Virus record (IMG/VR): IMGVR_UViG_3300021431_000115 | Span: 7,821 to 71,820 of that record | Direction: 5' to 3' (one strand) | Length of the DNA stretch: 64,000 bases | DNA from: a virus | Taxonomy: Duplodnaviria > Caudoviricetes | Shown: positions 1-12,900 of the stretch, in pieces | How positions within the stretch are numbered: the first letter of the stretch is position 1 | Layout: each line of letters begins with the position of its first letter | Made by a program: the position numbers and the translations under genes | Notes under the pieces: generated by a model | Told to the model about the DNA's origin: nothing | Seen by the model: only the letters and a program-made list of their open reading frames with translations | The model's database searches: none

Positions 1-898
1 TATGTATAATATACGTAGGACCATTATTACCTAGAGGTTTAAAGATATTTCCAGTATGAGAATTTCCTCTTCCAGGTTTATTTTTATGAGTTCCTATCAT
101 ATCCACAATATCACCACTTTGAACTCTATCTTTAATGTTCTGAATATTTTGATTTTCTAATTCATTTTGATTTAATATTACACTATCGCCATAATATCCT
201 TTTCTATACCAAGCGTCTCCAGTAGTTGGAAGCCCTAATCGTCTATTAAACAAATTAGCAAATCTTGCACATTCTTTAACATATTGTTTATAAGCTTTTC
301 CATTTAGAGTATCTGTTTTTTCTGGGTCAACCATTTGCCATTGTTTATAATCATTGCTTGTTTTACCAAACATATCTTTTCTACGAGTCAAACCAAATTC
401 ACCCAATCTACTAACTGCAATCTGTGCACCTTCTGAGTTTGTAGTATTTAGCCAATCCATTTTTCTAGAATAAGGCTTTGCTTCTGTTTTATATCTATGG
501 TTAAATCGTACTAATTCTGGTTGTCTAGCCCAATAATTAGGATCAGATTGTTCTTCTAATGTTGGAAGAGGATGTTGTAATTCTTCAGGAGTAGGTTTAT
601 TAACATAACTTAGAGCTTCTTCTCTGTCTCCTGCTTTCATAGCTTTTTTATATTGCTGATATCTATTTTCTTCATCTCCAATTCTTAGAATATCAGTCAA
701 TCCTGGAGCAAAAAAGTCTAACATACCATCTAAAACGCTATTATATAGCGGTTTTTTATTTCTTACTAAATTATCAGGAGTTCTATTAGCAACAACAGAA
801 ATAGGATTTAATTCTCCTGCATAATACTCCCTATACTTAAAAGGATTTAGCCTATCTACAATAGGAGGAGCATCGTCTAAATAAAATCTTTTTGCCAT
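1..898 (-). CDS. NlpC/P60-CHAP-like Cys-His peptidase/amidase domain protein, runs off the left edge of the window (not in ORF track)
   Basis: ATG at 898 (MAKRFYLDDAPPIVDRL...), open to position 1 by manual translation; C-terminal part reads KECARFAN...GDAWY...GDIVDMIG...NSHTGNIF...YIIH, the Cys/GD/His/His arrangement of NlpC/P60-CHAP enzymes. Confidence 0.7.
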   Translation of the reverse strand, partial: MAKRFYLDDAPPIVDRLNPFKYREYYAGELNPISVVANRTPDNLVRNKKPLYNSVLDGMLDFFAPGLTDILRIGDEENRYQQYKKAMKAGDREEALSYVNKPTPEELQHPLPTLEEQSDPNYWARQPELVRFNHRYKTEAKPYSRKMDWLNTTNSEGAQIAVSRLGEFGLTRRKDMFGKTSNDYKQWQMVDPEKTDTLNGKAYKQYVKECARFANLFNRRLGLPTTGDAWYRKGYYGDSVILNQNELENQNIQNIKDRVQSGDIVDMIGTHKNKPGRGNSHTGNIFKPLGNNGPTYIIH

Positions 899-924
899 AG
901 TAATTATATTATAATATTAGTTAA

Positions 925-953
925 GATAGAGGAAGCAATACACTTCCTCTATC
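925..953 (-). terminator. Hairpin downstream of the RNA polymerase gene, probable intrinsic terminator or pause
   Basis: Perfect 11-bp stem GATAGAGGAAG / CTTCCTCTATC with 7-nt loop, 15 bp after the stop codon of 968..16165; weak U-tract. Confidence 0.55.
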
Positions 954-967
954 GGGAAGTTAATTAT

Positions 968-3900
968 TTATAAAACGTTTTTAAGCCATTGTGCTATACC
1001 TTGAGCATCAACAAAGTTAAATATATTATCTCCAACTTTGTAATATCTATTATTATCAGTAATATCAATAAATGATGAACGAATACCGCGCCAAATAGGA
1101 ATACGTCTTTGTATATATACAGAAAGTTTATTTTCTCCAGCAAATTTTCCACTATGATATTCTCCATCGAAATCATCACCTTCTAGTAACATATGACAAA
1201 GAAGATTAGCACTACTTAACAAGTCTGTAACACCACTACCAGCAGCTATAGGAGATTGATAAAGCTTTTTAGCTTCAGATGGGAATGTAAATGGAGTATA
1301 TTGTGCAGCTTCAGTTGCAAGTCTATCAGCTTCATATAATGCTAAGTTATATAACAAGTTATCGTCATCATCATCTCCTAAACCAGCTTTTAATGCTACA
1401 ACTAGAAATAGAGAAGCAAGAGTTGCATATATACCACCTTTCATTCTACGAATATTTGCTCTATCGTATTCAGGCATAAGTCTATATGCTAATTTATAAT
1501 GAGCTACAAAATCTACAACATTTTTAAGTATTTCTTGACAACTCATATGAGAATCAACTTCTTCATCGTTTAATTCCAATACATCTTTATGTCTTTTAAA
1601 TGGAATGCTTAAATAGCTCATAAGACTAGCATACATACCTTTAACTGGAGCATTACGCTCTTCACTCCACATACCTTTTACTCTGTAACGTTTCATAATA
1701 CCTATAGGAAGATGCTTATGATATTGCATAAACAAACTACCAATAAATGTATTTTCAAATTGTGCTCTACCACTTTTATCATATACACCATGAATATATT
1801 TATTTACTGATACTACTCTACGTTTAAACATTGCTAAAAGTTGTAAAGCATCTGTAGGTTCACCATCTTCTCGTTCTACATCCATTTGTTCCATAAGACT
1901 TTCTTGTTTAAATGTAAGTTGTCCGTCTTTTCCAAGTTCTAATTGACTCATGAGTGTAGGATGTAATTCATCATTTTTAAATTTCTCTTCTGCTTCTTTT
2001 CTAATCCTATCACGTTCTTTTACAAATTTGCGTTGTTGTTCATAATTTAAAGCTTCTCTTGCAAATTGAGTAGTAAAATCTTTTTGTAACCAAGCATATT
2101 CTTTAAACGTATTAGCATCTTTAGCAACCCTAGCTTTATATTTTTCATACTTTTCTAATGTTTCTGCATCTAATATATTTTTTAATGCTTGCTCATGTAA
2201 ACCTAAAGTATATTCATTAAGATTCATTATTTTATATTTAGGTTGTCCAAGAGATTCAGCTTTAGGATTAGGAACTAATCTATGAGAATATAGCATTGCA
2301 AACATAGCAGAATTTTGCATCATATGTTCACCTGAAGTTTGAGGAGTATAACCAAAATCTCTAAATTTTCTAAGTTTGTCATAAGCATTTTTAGTAAGTC
2401 TTGAAACTCCTACATTTTCATCATAATCAACTACATCTAAAGCTTTGATTATTGCTCCTTGTAAAGTAGTGGAACGCTCTTGACCTCCATGAAGTATGTA
2501 GTCCATCATAGCACTACCACTATAATAAAAACCTTTAGCTTTACCCCAATCTTTCATTCCAAAGAACTCTCTAGCAAAACCTTCAGCAGCTATAGATGAT
2601 TCTCCTAAAGTAACGTTTGCTATACCTCCACGAACATTAAGCATCATATATTGTGCAGAAGTAAGACTTTGTAAAGTACTCATCCATTTAAGAAGTTTAG
2701 GATTTTGTTTCTTTTTAAATTGATTATAAACTAATCTACGAATAGTTACATCAAATTGTTGAATGAGATATTCATCTTGTTTTCTGATATATTCAGAACT
2801 ATCGTCAGTACTACTAGCAAAGTCTTTCTTTAAAATTTGTTTACCGTTAGCTTTATATCCTATAACATAAGGAGCATATTTTTTAATTAAGTCCTTAGCA
2901 TAGAACAATTCATATTTGTTATCTTGAATAGCATTATAAGTTCCTGCTTGAACTATAAAATCTTGAATAACATTTACCCAATCTCTATCAAGAAGGTCTT
3001 TATGAATTTCTTTATTAGCTTTTTTAATTTCTTCGTTATCTTTTTTCACTTTTTCAACTTCTGCTTCATAACTTGCTTCACTTTGATTTTCTTTTCTTTT
3101 AGGCATAGGTTTAAGTTTCTGAGTTCTCTTATCTTCTAGCTGTTTAATCATTGGCATAGGATTCGGTCTATCCTTAGCATAACTTACATCTTCATAATAT
3201 TCATTTTGAGTATAAGTTTCTCCAGCCCAACCTAAAGTTTTGAGAACTTCTTGAGCCCAACCCATAGCAGTTACAGGTTTAAGCCTATTTCTAACAGGAA
3301 GTTGTCCACGTTTAAAATATGCTTCAGAATCTTGTGTATTTGCCAAACCAACAAGTAATTCTTGTATACGTTCAGCTGCTTCTAGTTCTATGTCATTAGC
3401 ATCTATATGATTGTCATATTCAGGATTAGAACCTATTTTATAATTAGCACCATGTCCTGCATTCTCTTTGTAATTTTTATTAACGTAATCTTCATCATCA
3501 AATTTGAATGCAACAATGTCTTTAGGAGTTGTAATATTGATATTAGGGTCAATACTTTCTATCTTTTCTTTTAATGATTGATAATGTTGAGTGGCTTCTT
3601 TTAAAGTTACATGACCATCTCTTACTTTTCTTTCAGACTGAGAGAATTTAGGATAATAATTATATTTACCATTAGATTTGTATTCTGTTACAGTCCAAAT
3701 TGGAAGAGGTTCCATTCTGTGAGTATATGGATTATATACATGGTTTTTAGTCATCCAAACATTATATTCCGCTAAAGTATGATTATGACGCATATCATAA
3801 CGAACTTCATAATATTGTTGAGATGGTTTAGTTTCAACATGTTCTTTAAGTGTACGAATAGCATCTGTTTTTTCAGTATCTATCCAATCAGCTTTTTTAG

Positions 3901-6900
3901 CTCGTAAAAAACTATAGATGAATTTATTAGGAACAGCTTCTCCAGTAAAAGGATCTATACGTTTAATAACACGAAGCATATTAGTTTTAAATTCACCAGC
4001 ATCTAATTGATATGCGAAATTTTCATCGTCTGCGAATTTAGCTTCATTAATAGCATCAAAGTCTACATTTTCCTCAATCCATTGAGCACGGGCTCTATTA
4101 CCAGGTGTATCATCACCACTTTCAAAAATTAACTCTAAATCGTGATATAAACCATCAAGTTCTTTTAAAACTGCAAGTCCTTCAGCATTTTGAGGAATTT
4201 CATGTAATTTTAATTCGCCTGTAAAAGAATCATAATAAGGTTCAAGAAGCTTATTAATTCTTGTTACAACTTCTCTATAAGTAGAAGTATGTGTTACAGC
4301 ATCAGGATTCCTAAGATTATTATAAAACTGTTTAGTATAGATTACCTCTACAGGTGGTCTATTAGCTATTAAAGTATTATCAGAATAAGGATTATCATAA
4401 TCGACTTGATAAGAATCATAAATCTCTCTTTTAATGTTGTCAAGAGCTCTATCTGGAACTAAAGTAGGGTCAAATACTCCAGTTTCAGGATTTTGATAAG
4501 CTGGTTCTTTTACAATTCTTTTAAATATAGTACTTTTTCTAGGGTCTTTAAGAACTTCCCAAGCATGTTGAACTGCAGTTTTAGTAAATTCATCTATATC
4601 TGGTTCAATTATAGCATTACGTCTAAGCCATTTTTTAGCTCTTTTGTAATCTTCTTTCTCTTGATAAATTGTAGGAGGTATGTCACTACTTTCATATTTA
4701 TCTACTATAGCCTTATTATCTTCTACTAATGCTTCAAAATTACTCTTAGCATCATATTTATAATATTTATGGTCTATCTCTCGTAATTTATCTATATAAT
4801 TTCTAATAACTTTAGCTTGACCATATCTAGTATCATCGATAGAATATAATTCAGGAGTAGTAAGTTCTTTTATTTTTTGTTCAACTTCATCAAATTGTCT
4901 ATCCAAATCTGGATTATCTATATCTCTATGATATTTTTGACTTAATTGCCAACGTTGTGCTCTAAGAGTTTCATATCTAGATAGAACTTCATCTATTTTT
5001 CCTTCTGTTTCTATTTCACCACTAATCTCATTTTTTACTTGTCTACCATATAAAGCTTCTCTTAAAAGCTTATTTCGTTCATCATAATATTCTTGAGGAG
5101 CTTCTTGTTCTAGATATTTAGCTTTCCATTCATCATATTCGAGCTTAGCTTTAAGATATTCTACACTACCTTTTTCTTCTTTATTTACAGCAGCTTTTAA
5201 TCTGTCTCTATCTTCTATAAGCTTTTCACTATAAGGCTGTTTAAATCGTCCATATTCATCAATAACATGATTTAAATCAAAAAATTTACCTTGTTCTTTA
5301 GCTCTTTTTTCACAGTCTTTAATATAATTTAAAAACTTATTAGCTAATCTATGTGCCTGCATTTGTTTAGCAGCAACATCTTGTTGGAAATTTTTTAAAG
5401 CTATTTGAATAATTGGATTGCTAGTTTCTTGAATATCATTAAACATGGCATTAGCCCAGTTAGTTCTATAGTAACCATCAAGAACACTCATGAACCCATT
5501 TGGATTAGTACTATTTTTAACTAAAGGGTTATCAGTAAGTTCATCATAATAACCTTCAGCAAATTTTCTTTTAGCATTATTGATAGCAGAAAGATTCTTA
5601 AGTTTGCCTATAGACTCTTTATATTTATCAAGATATGGCTTAAGTTCAGGGTCTTCTGTTTCAACATTTAAATCTGAAATAATACCAAATTCTTCAATCA
5701 TAGCACCTGGTTCAAGCAAATCTTGCATATACTTTCTTCTAAGCTTAGGATTGCGTTTAACAATATCAATAGTTTTTGTATCATCTATAGATAGCCACTC
5801 ACCATTTTCATCTTTTATATATTTCTGAGTTTTATCTATAATCTTACTAGCTTCTTCTTCAACATATTTTGCTGTAGAAATTATAATATCATCCACATAT
5901 TCTGGAACTTTTTCTTTATTTGATACTACACCATTTTCTCTCCAGGCTCTACTTAATTTACCAGCTTCACTATCTTCAATATTATGGCTACGTCTATATA
6001 TACTTCTAATAGCTTGACTTGCAACATCTACAGAAGTTGTATCACCTGTTGCACTTTCAAAATCTTGAGCAACATAAATATCTTCCATAGCTTCAATAGA
6101 ATAGAAATGGAAATTATTAGGATTTACATATTTATCAGGACGTTTCTTAGCTTCCGCTACTAAGGTATCTATTATATCTTTATACCTTTCATGATCTGGT
6201 TGAAGTTTAGTTCCAAATTTTTTACCTGTATATGTCTCAATAAGTTGTTTAATTATATCATCAAGTTTAATAAATCTTAAAGATACATTATTGCCATCGA
6301 TAGTGATAAAATCATATAATGCATTTCCTATTCCCGGAGCTTTTATATGTCTATCTAATAATATATTTTGAACATATTTGATAGATTCACCATTAGAAAT
6401 TCTATTTCTATACCAATCTTTAATAGTATTTGCAAGACTAGTATATGCTGGATCAGTGTCTAATAAATTTCCTAAAGGAACATTTACTTTATCTGCAGAA
6501 AACCTAGGTTTATATCTATACTCTTCAGGATTAACTTTAGGAGTTTGTGATTCGTATGGAGAAATTTTAGAACTTTTTGTAACATAAATAGGTTTATATA
6601 TATTACGAATTTGTGCATTATATGATTTTAAAGATTCTTGCCAATTATCAGCTATAGGCTTTATATCATCAAAATAAGTATTATCTTGTTCAACATCTAA
6701 AGATACTATAAATCGAGGATTATTAATTTGTTTATAAGTTATACTCCAATATGCATCATATTCATCTGTTTTAGGAACATAAGTTACTTTTATATCTGTT
6801 ATATCAGAATCATCTTTTAAGTCATCAACAATATCATTAGCTTGATTTTTACTAAAAGCTTCATCGTAAACATCTGTTACTAATTCATCAGGAACTTCTC

Positions 6901-9900
6901 CTCTTAATCTAGGAGTATACCAATGTTCAAATTCCTCTACAGGGAGGTTATTAACTCTTTCAGTAATTGGAAGATTTTGAGCATCTTTACCTGTTACTTT
7001 ATCATAATTAACAACAATTTGACCAGTTTCTTTATCTGTTTTATAAATAACTGCTTTTTCTTGTGACGGATAACTTTGTTTAAAGTAAATAAGTTGTAAA
7101 GTTTTTACTCTACCTCTAAATTCTGGTACAAGAGTTTCAAGAAGTTGTTTATAAGCATTTAACTGATATGTATATTTAAGTGTATCACCATTTAAATTAC
7201 CATTAGAATCTAATCCATACTCGCCACGTTTAGCTTTCATATCAAAAATATGAATATCACCATTACCATCTATAACAATCATATCAGGTACACCAGCAAC
7301 AGTCATTTCTTGTCCAGCTAATGTAACACGACCAGCAAGTCTTATTTCATTGGTAATAACATGATAATTACCATTAAATCTTTTATCAAGATAAGATTTA
7401 AATTTATCTAAGTCAGCAAGAACTTCATTTTTTCTATCTTCGTTAAGATTAGGATATTTTTTTAATCTTGGGTCTACACTATTATCTATTCTATCATTAA
7501 TCTTATTGTAATAATCAATCCAATAATCTCTAGTAATAGCATCTATAGTTCTACCAAAAGCAGAAGCAAATTCATAATCTATATTTCCAGGATTATGAAA
7601 TTTAGGAATACCTTTTATAGGTAATTGTGTAACAGAAGATTCAATCTTAGCACCATTATAATAATATTCATGCTTCGGGTCATCAAAAGTTATATGTTCG
7701 TTTTGCCATCGAACATAATGTCTGAGAGCAGCTAATTGTGCTTGAATTGCAGGAGTTGGATTAATATCTGTAAGCATATCAATACAATCCTGCTTTTTCT
7801 TATTTTCATTAGCTACAGTTTCGTCTAAAACATTTTGTTCTGTTTGTTCTTCATAATTATGATAAAGAGCCCTATAATAGTTAGGATTCAGATAAGTATT
7901 GTTAGATTCTACTGCAGACCAAACACTAGTTTCATTTGGAGCCAGAGGGTTAAGAGGTATCAAAAGAAGCTTATTATTAAGGTAATCTATTTTATAAAGA
8001 GTTTGTTCTTTACCAAAATTTAAATAAACGTATCTATTAGTATTTAAATGATAATGTTCAATGAGTTCTTTAGTTTTTTCATTTTCTTTACCTTCTGCAT
8101 CATAAAGTGGCAAATAAATGGCTCCTTCATTATCTCTTACTAATTCAGCTTCATTGTTTTCATTTTTTCTAACCCATCTAAGTTTAAGACCATTTTCTCC
8201 TAAAGTACTACGTAAATATGATTCTATTAATTGTTCTCCATCAACAGATGAAACCTCATTATAAAAATTAGACATTCTTTGATTAGAGTCGTAAACAATA
8301 TTAGTTCCCCCTGTAGAAGGACTTCTACGTAGAACACTATTCGGAATCATCTTTGATATTCCGTTCATCTTCATTTTGTATCCTTCTACAACAAAAGCAT
8401 ACTTAATTAAATCTCCAGTAGCTATAGCAATAAGAGGATTACTATTTGTAAATGATTGTTCAAACTGAACTCTAACTGTTTCTAAATCTACAAGACTATC
8501 ATTAAATCTAATTGTTTGTCTTCCAGCTTGACTTCGTCTATGATTAAATAATTCAACTTCTAAATGTTCAAATAAACCTAAATCTCTAAAGTTTTGTTGT
8601 ATAAACAATACTTTTTGGGCAGGAGAAAGTTTACAAAAATCATTGATTTCATCTTGCGATGGATTTCTAATATCAGCTACAGCAAAAGGCTTATTTATAC
8701 CTTCACCAATCAGTCTTATATCAGCAGCATGACCATAACCAAAAATTCTAGACATTTCTTCATCATTTGTAGTTTTAGGAGCTTTTCCTACAAAGTCAAA
8801 GCCTTGTCCTTTAATATAAGACAGAGTAGCATTAATAAAATCAGATTTCTTAATTACACTATTGACTACATATTGCTGAAAGTCCATAGCCATCTTTTCA
8901 GTAAGTCTAACATCAGGACCTAAAGCGGTTTTTAAACTAATATCTTTTCCATTAATAAAATCTAAAAATTCTTTGCTTTGGGTTAAAAACAAACCTTTAT
9001 TTATTTTTATACTAGAAGCAGTGGCATATTTAAAAAATGCAGCAATGGAAGGATATTTAGAATCTGTTATAAAATTACTATCGGTTATTATGCCATCAAG
9101 CAATTCGTCTTCTGTATTATACTCTGACACTCTAGGATAAATAGCTTCAAGCATATGATGTCCATCTACTTCAAGAGTAGAAATCAAATTACTATCAGCA
9201 TCATAGGCATTTTCTATTATTTCGTGCAATTTAGAAAATACTTCACGAGTTTCATAGATTGTTTGCTTTGCTCCAAACTTATCAGGATTCATTACTCTAG
9301 AAGATTGATTAACTTCTTGAGCAATTCTATTTAAAGCATTATAATTAAGAATAACTTTAAAATCATACAGCAATTTTAATTCTTCAGATTTTAAACCTTT
9401 ATATTCTTTAGCAAATCTATTATTTTTGTCAACGTTAGGGTCTTCTGCTTTAAGTCTGTCTAATTGAGAATCAACATCAAGATAACCGTAGGTTATACCG
9501 TCATCTTGTTTTTGCGACACAATAGGATAAACTTTTCCATATGCATCTTCTACTTTAGCAATAAGACTCTCTAAACCCTCGTATGCTGTAACTTCAATGT
9601 TCAATTCTCTACATATATCTCTAGCTACAGCAGTTATAAAATCACTACCTGTTTGATCTGAATATATAGAATTAGATGCATTGTACTTTTCTACTATTCT
9701 AGTAATAGCAGGTTGCATAATAAAAGAAACAGCTGTGTTAAAATTGCTTCCTATATCTACAAGAGTTTTATAAACATGGAAAGTTAAATCGTTTACATTT
9801 TTAACATTACCAGCCTTAATAGCATCAAGAATATGAGCAGTTGTTTGAGAAGAATAAGACGTTAAAATTTTACCATCAACATTGTGATTATCATTAGACC

Positions 9901-12900
9901 AACCAAACATATTGTGTCTAACAATATATCCAGAACCATCCTTAACCTTAGTAACATAATTAACACCAAATCTTTTTTGCAAAGTTTCTAAATCGTATGA
10001 ATTATCATATTTGACTTTAACTTCGCAGCCTGTTCTTAGTTTGGTATGTAATCTATTAGAAATAGAACAAATTGTATCACGTACTACACTGATACCTTTT
10101 AATGCAAGACCGCTGGTAGCATCTTCATGATAATCTATTTGGTCAAAGATATTATAAGGAGAACGAGCAGCACGCTCTTTATTGCTAGTACCTACATTAC
10201 ATAATTGTATAGCTTTTTTAACATCATCAAAGTTTGAACGAGAAAGATTTTCTTCTACTTGTGTTTTGTCAGAAAGAATCTTCTTAAATATGTCCAAAAG
10301 TTTATTGTTTCTAGCTCCTCTTTTATTAGCTTTAACTTCATCAAAACCATCAGAAAATTCTGCAAAAGAATTAAAACCTTTGTCTTCAGCAATATCATCA
10401 ATATTAGCGTCAAATAATTCCTTTTTTTCTTTTTTTATTTCCGCTGATATTGCAGCTTCATCTACATTACCATCTTCATCTATATTGTTTTCTCTAGTTT
10501 TATTGATGTAATCTTCTGCTAATTTACTATCTTTATAAAGTTGAGTTTTTTCTTCTTTTGTAAGTTGGTCTAAAACATACTTATTATAAAAATCTCTAGT
10601 AGACTTATATTTGTATTTTCTTATATTACCGTTTTTATCTTTATAAGTACTATATTGAATACCGTATATAGAGTCAATATCAAAGTCCGCACCAGTTTGA
10701 CTAACAAAAGCATCAGGAACAACGATAGTAGAACCATAAGCATTATCAGTAAAATCTTTTATTTTCATTATACAAACAGATTGCTTACCTTCAGTAGGAA
10801 TACGATATCCAATTATAGTATCAAGACCTTCAGTTCTAAGCTTTTCAAGCCAATCTTGTTTCACTTGATTCTCTGCTTGTTCTACAGTCATTCCAAGTTT
10901 AGTAATATAATTATTGATTTTACGTTGCGTAGCTTCATCATCCATAGTAAAACCAAAATTAGATGCAGGTAATCTAATTTCGATGTGATGTTCTACTACT
11001 CCATCTTTAACTTCAGGATGATAATCAAGGTCATTAGAAGTCATTTTTCTATTGACTTCTTCACTTAATTTTCTAAAACCAAAACCACTAACTTGTGCAG
11101 CATGAAATCCTGGTAACGTTTGTCTAGTAATGCCTCCATTAAACATACTTTGAGCAATATTCTCAAACTTAGTACCAAACATACCAAAATAATTAGGCAT
11201 TAGAGTTTGAGAAGGAAGCATACCCATAGGATCTTTAGTACAATAATCTACAAGATTTGTATCATCTCCACGTCTTGTAACTTCATCAAGCATTGCTTGA
11301 AAAAACTCATCATAACTAAGACCTTTTTTAATTACATTACCATTTTCATCTTTTATTTCTACTGGTATTTCTCCATCTTCTAGTTTAATATTGCCGTTTT
11401 CATCAAGTTGTATATTAAAACGTTTCATAACAGTTTCAAAACTTTCTTGAATGTTTGCAGTATAAAGTTTGAAGAAGGTTTCTCTATCTTCCTTTAACGG
11501 GGAGTTATCATCAATATTATCTAGAATCTTTTTCATTATTTGAATAGCTGCTTTATTTTCGCTATTCACATGTTGAGGAGTTTCTTGTTGAGTATAAAGG
11601 AAATTATAATTAAATCTTTCAGCTGCAGCTCCTCCTTTTTGCATTATTTCAGACTTATAATTAGCAGCATCTTTTACAGCATCATCATCTATATCATCAA
11701 GAATATCTTGACTTATATGACCAGTATCATCCCAAAGCTTAAATCTTTCGTTTTGTCCAGCTTTAGAAGTTTCAGCAGTATTAAGTTGGTCTATACCCAA
11801 CTTGTCCATCATCTTAGCTACTTTTTCTAATTCTGTACCTCTAACAAGTCTAGGAACAAGGACAAATTCAGCATTTTTTATTTGTCTAGGAGAAATAGTA
11901 TGAAGCTTTTCATTATAATATTGGTCATAATAAAAGTTCTTTTGAACTTGTATAAATTGCTTTATATCATCAGCGTTTAAAGGTTGTGTTTCATCAAGAA
12001 CTCTATCAATTAATTCTTTATATTTAGGAAGTTGTCCACGCATTGTAATACGTCTAATCCATTCATCAAAAGTAATATAGGACTGAGCATCATTTACAGT
12101 AGTTTCTTCATACCCACTCATAAGCTTCTTAGCTTCTTCTCTACTCATAACACCATTGTTAGTAAACCAATCGACCATCCTATCAATCATAGGCTGGTCA
12201 GTACGAATAGTATTATAAATAGTTATAGCTTTAAAAGTCTTTCTAAGTTCGAGTTTATGAATTCTAGTTACAGGTTTTCCACTTTTTCCAATTACTTTAT
12301 CTCTAAATACTGTTGTATCTAAAGGACTATCAAGATGCTCATCTCCTGGTTGCCACTCCATAGTTAAATCTCTAAGACCATAAGGAACACCAGAACCTTG
12401 TGCTTCTTTAGCACGTTTTAAAAATGTTTGTGTATTTTTATAGAACTTTGTATCTCCTTCAAATAAATCGTTAAAACCATTATAAGCAAGATGAGTATTT
12501 AAAACAAAATCTATAATGCTATCATCGGTTATAGGTGTACTACCTTGTTCAACAAACTCTTCTTTACCTTCTAGTTTTCTTCTACCAAAATCAAGATATT
12601 TCAAAAGAAAAGCTTCTATTTTGTCATCTATAACTTTTTGTTGTTGCTCTGAAAGTATAACATCTCCATTTTCATTCCATTGCAACATTAAATTTGAATC
12701 AACTTCATCATCTTTGAAGAAATTAAAAGCTTCATCTAATATTTCTTTTCCAAAATTTCTTTCATCATAAATTTCGCCATCAAATAATCTAAATCTGTCA
12801 CTGCTAAATACTCTACCAGTAAGATGTACTTTTCCATTTTTATCTACAGTATATATAGGACCTTTGCCGTCATTATCTTCATTTTCGGCAAAATGATATA

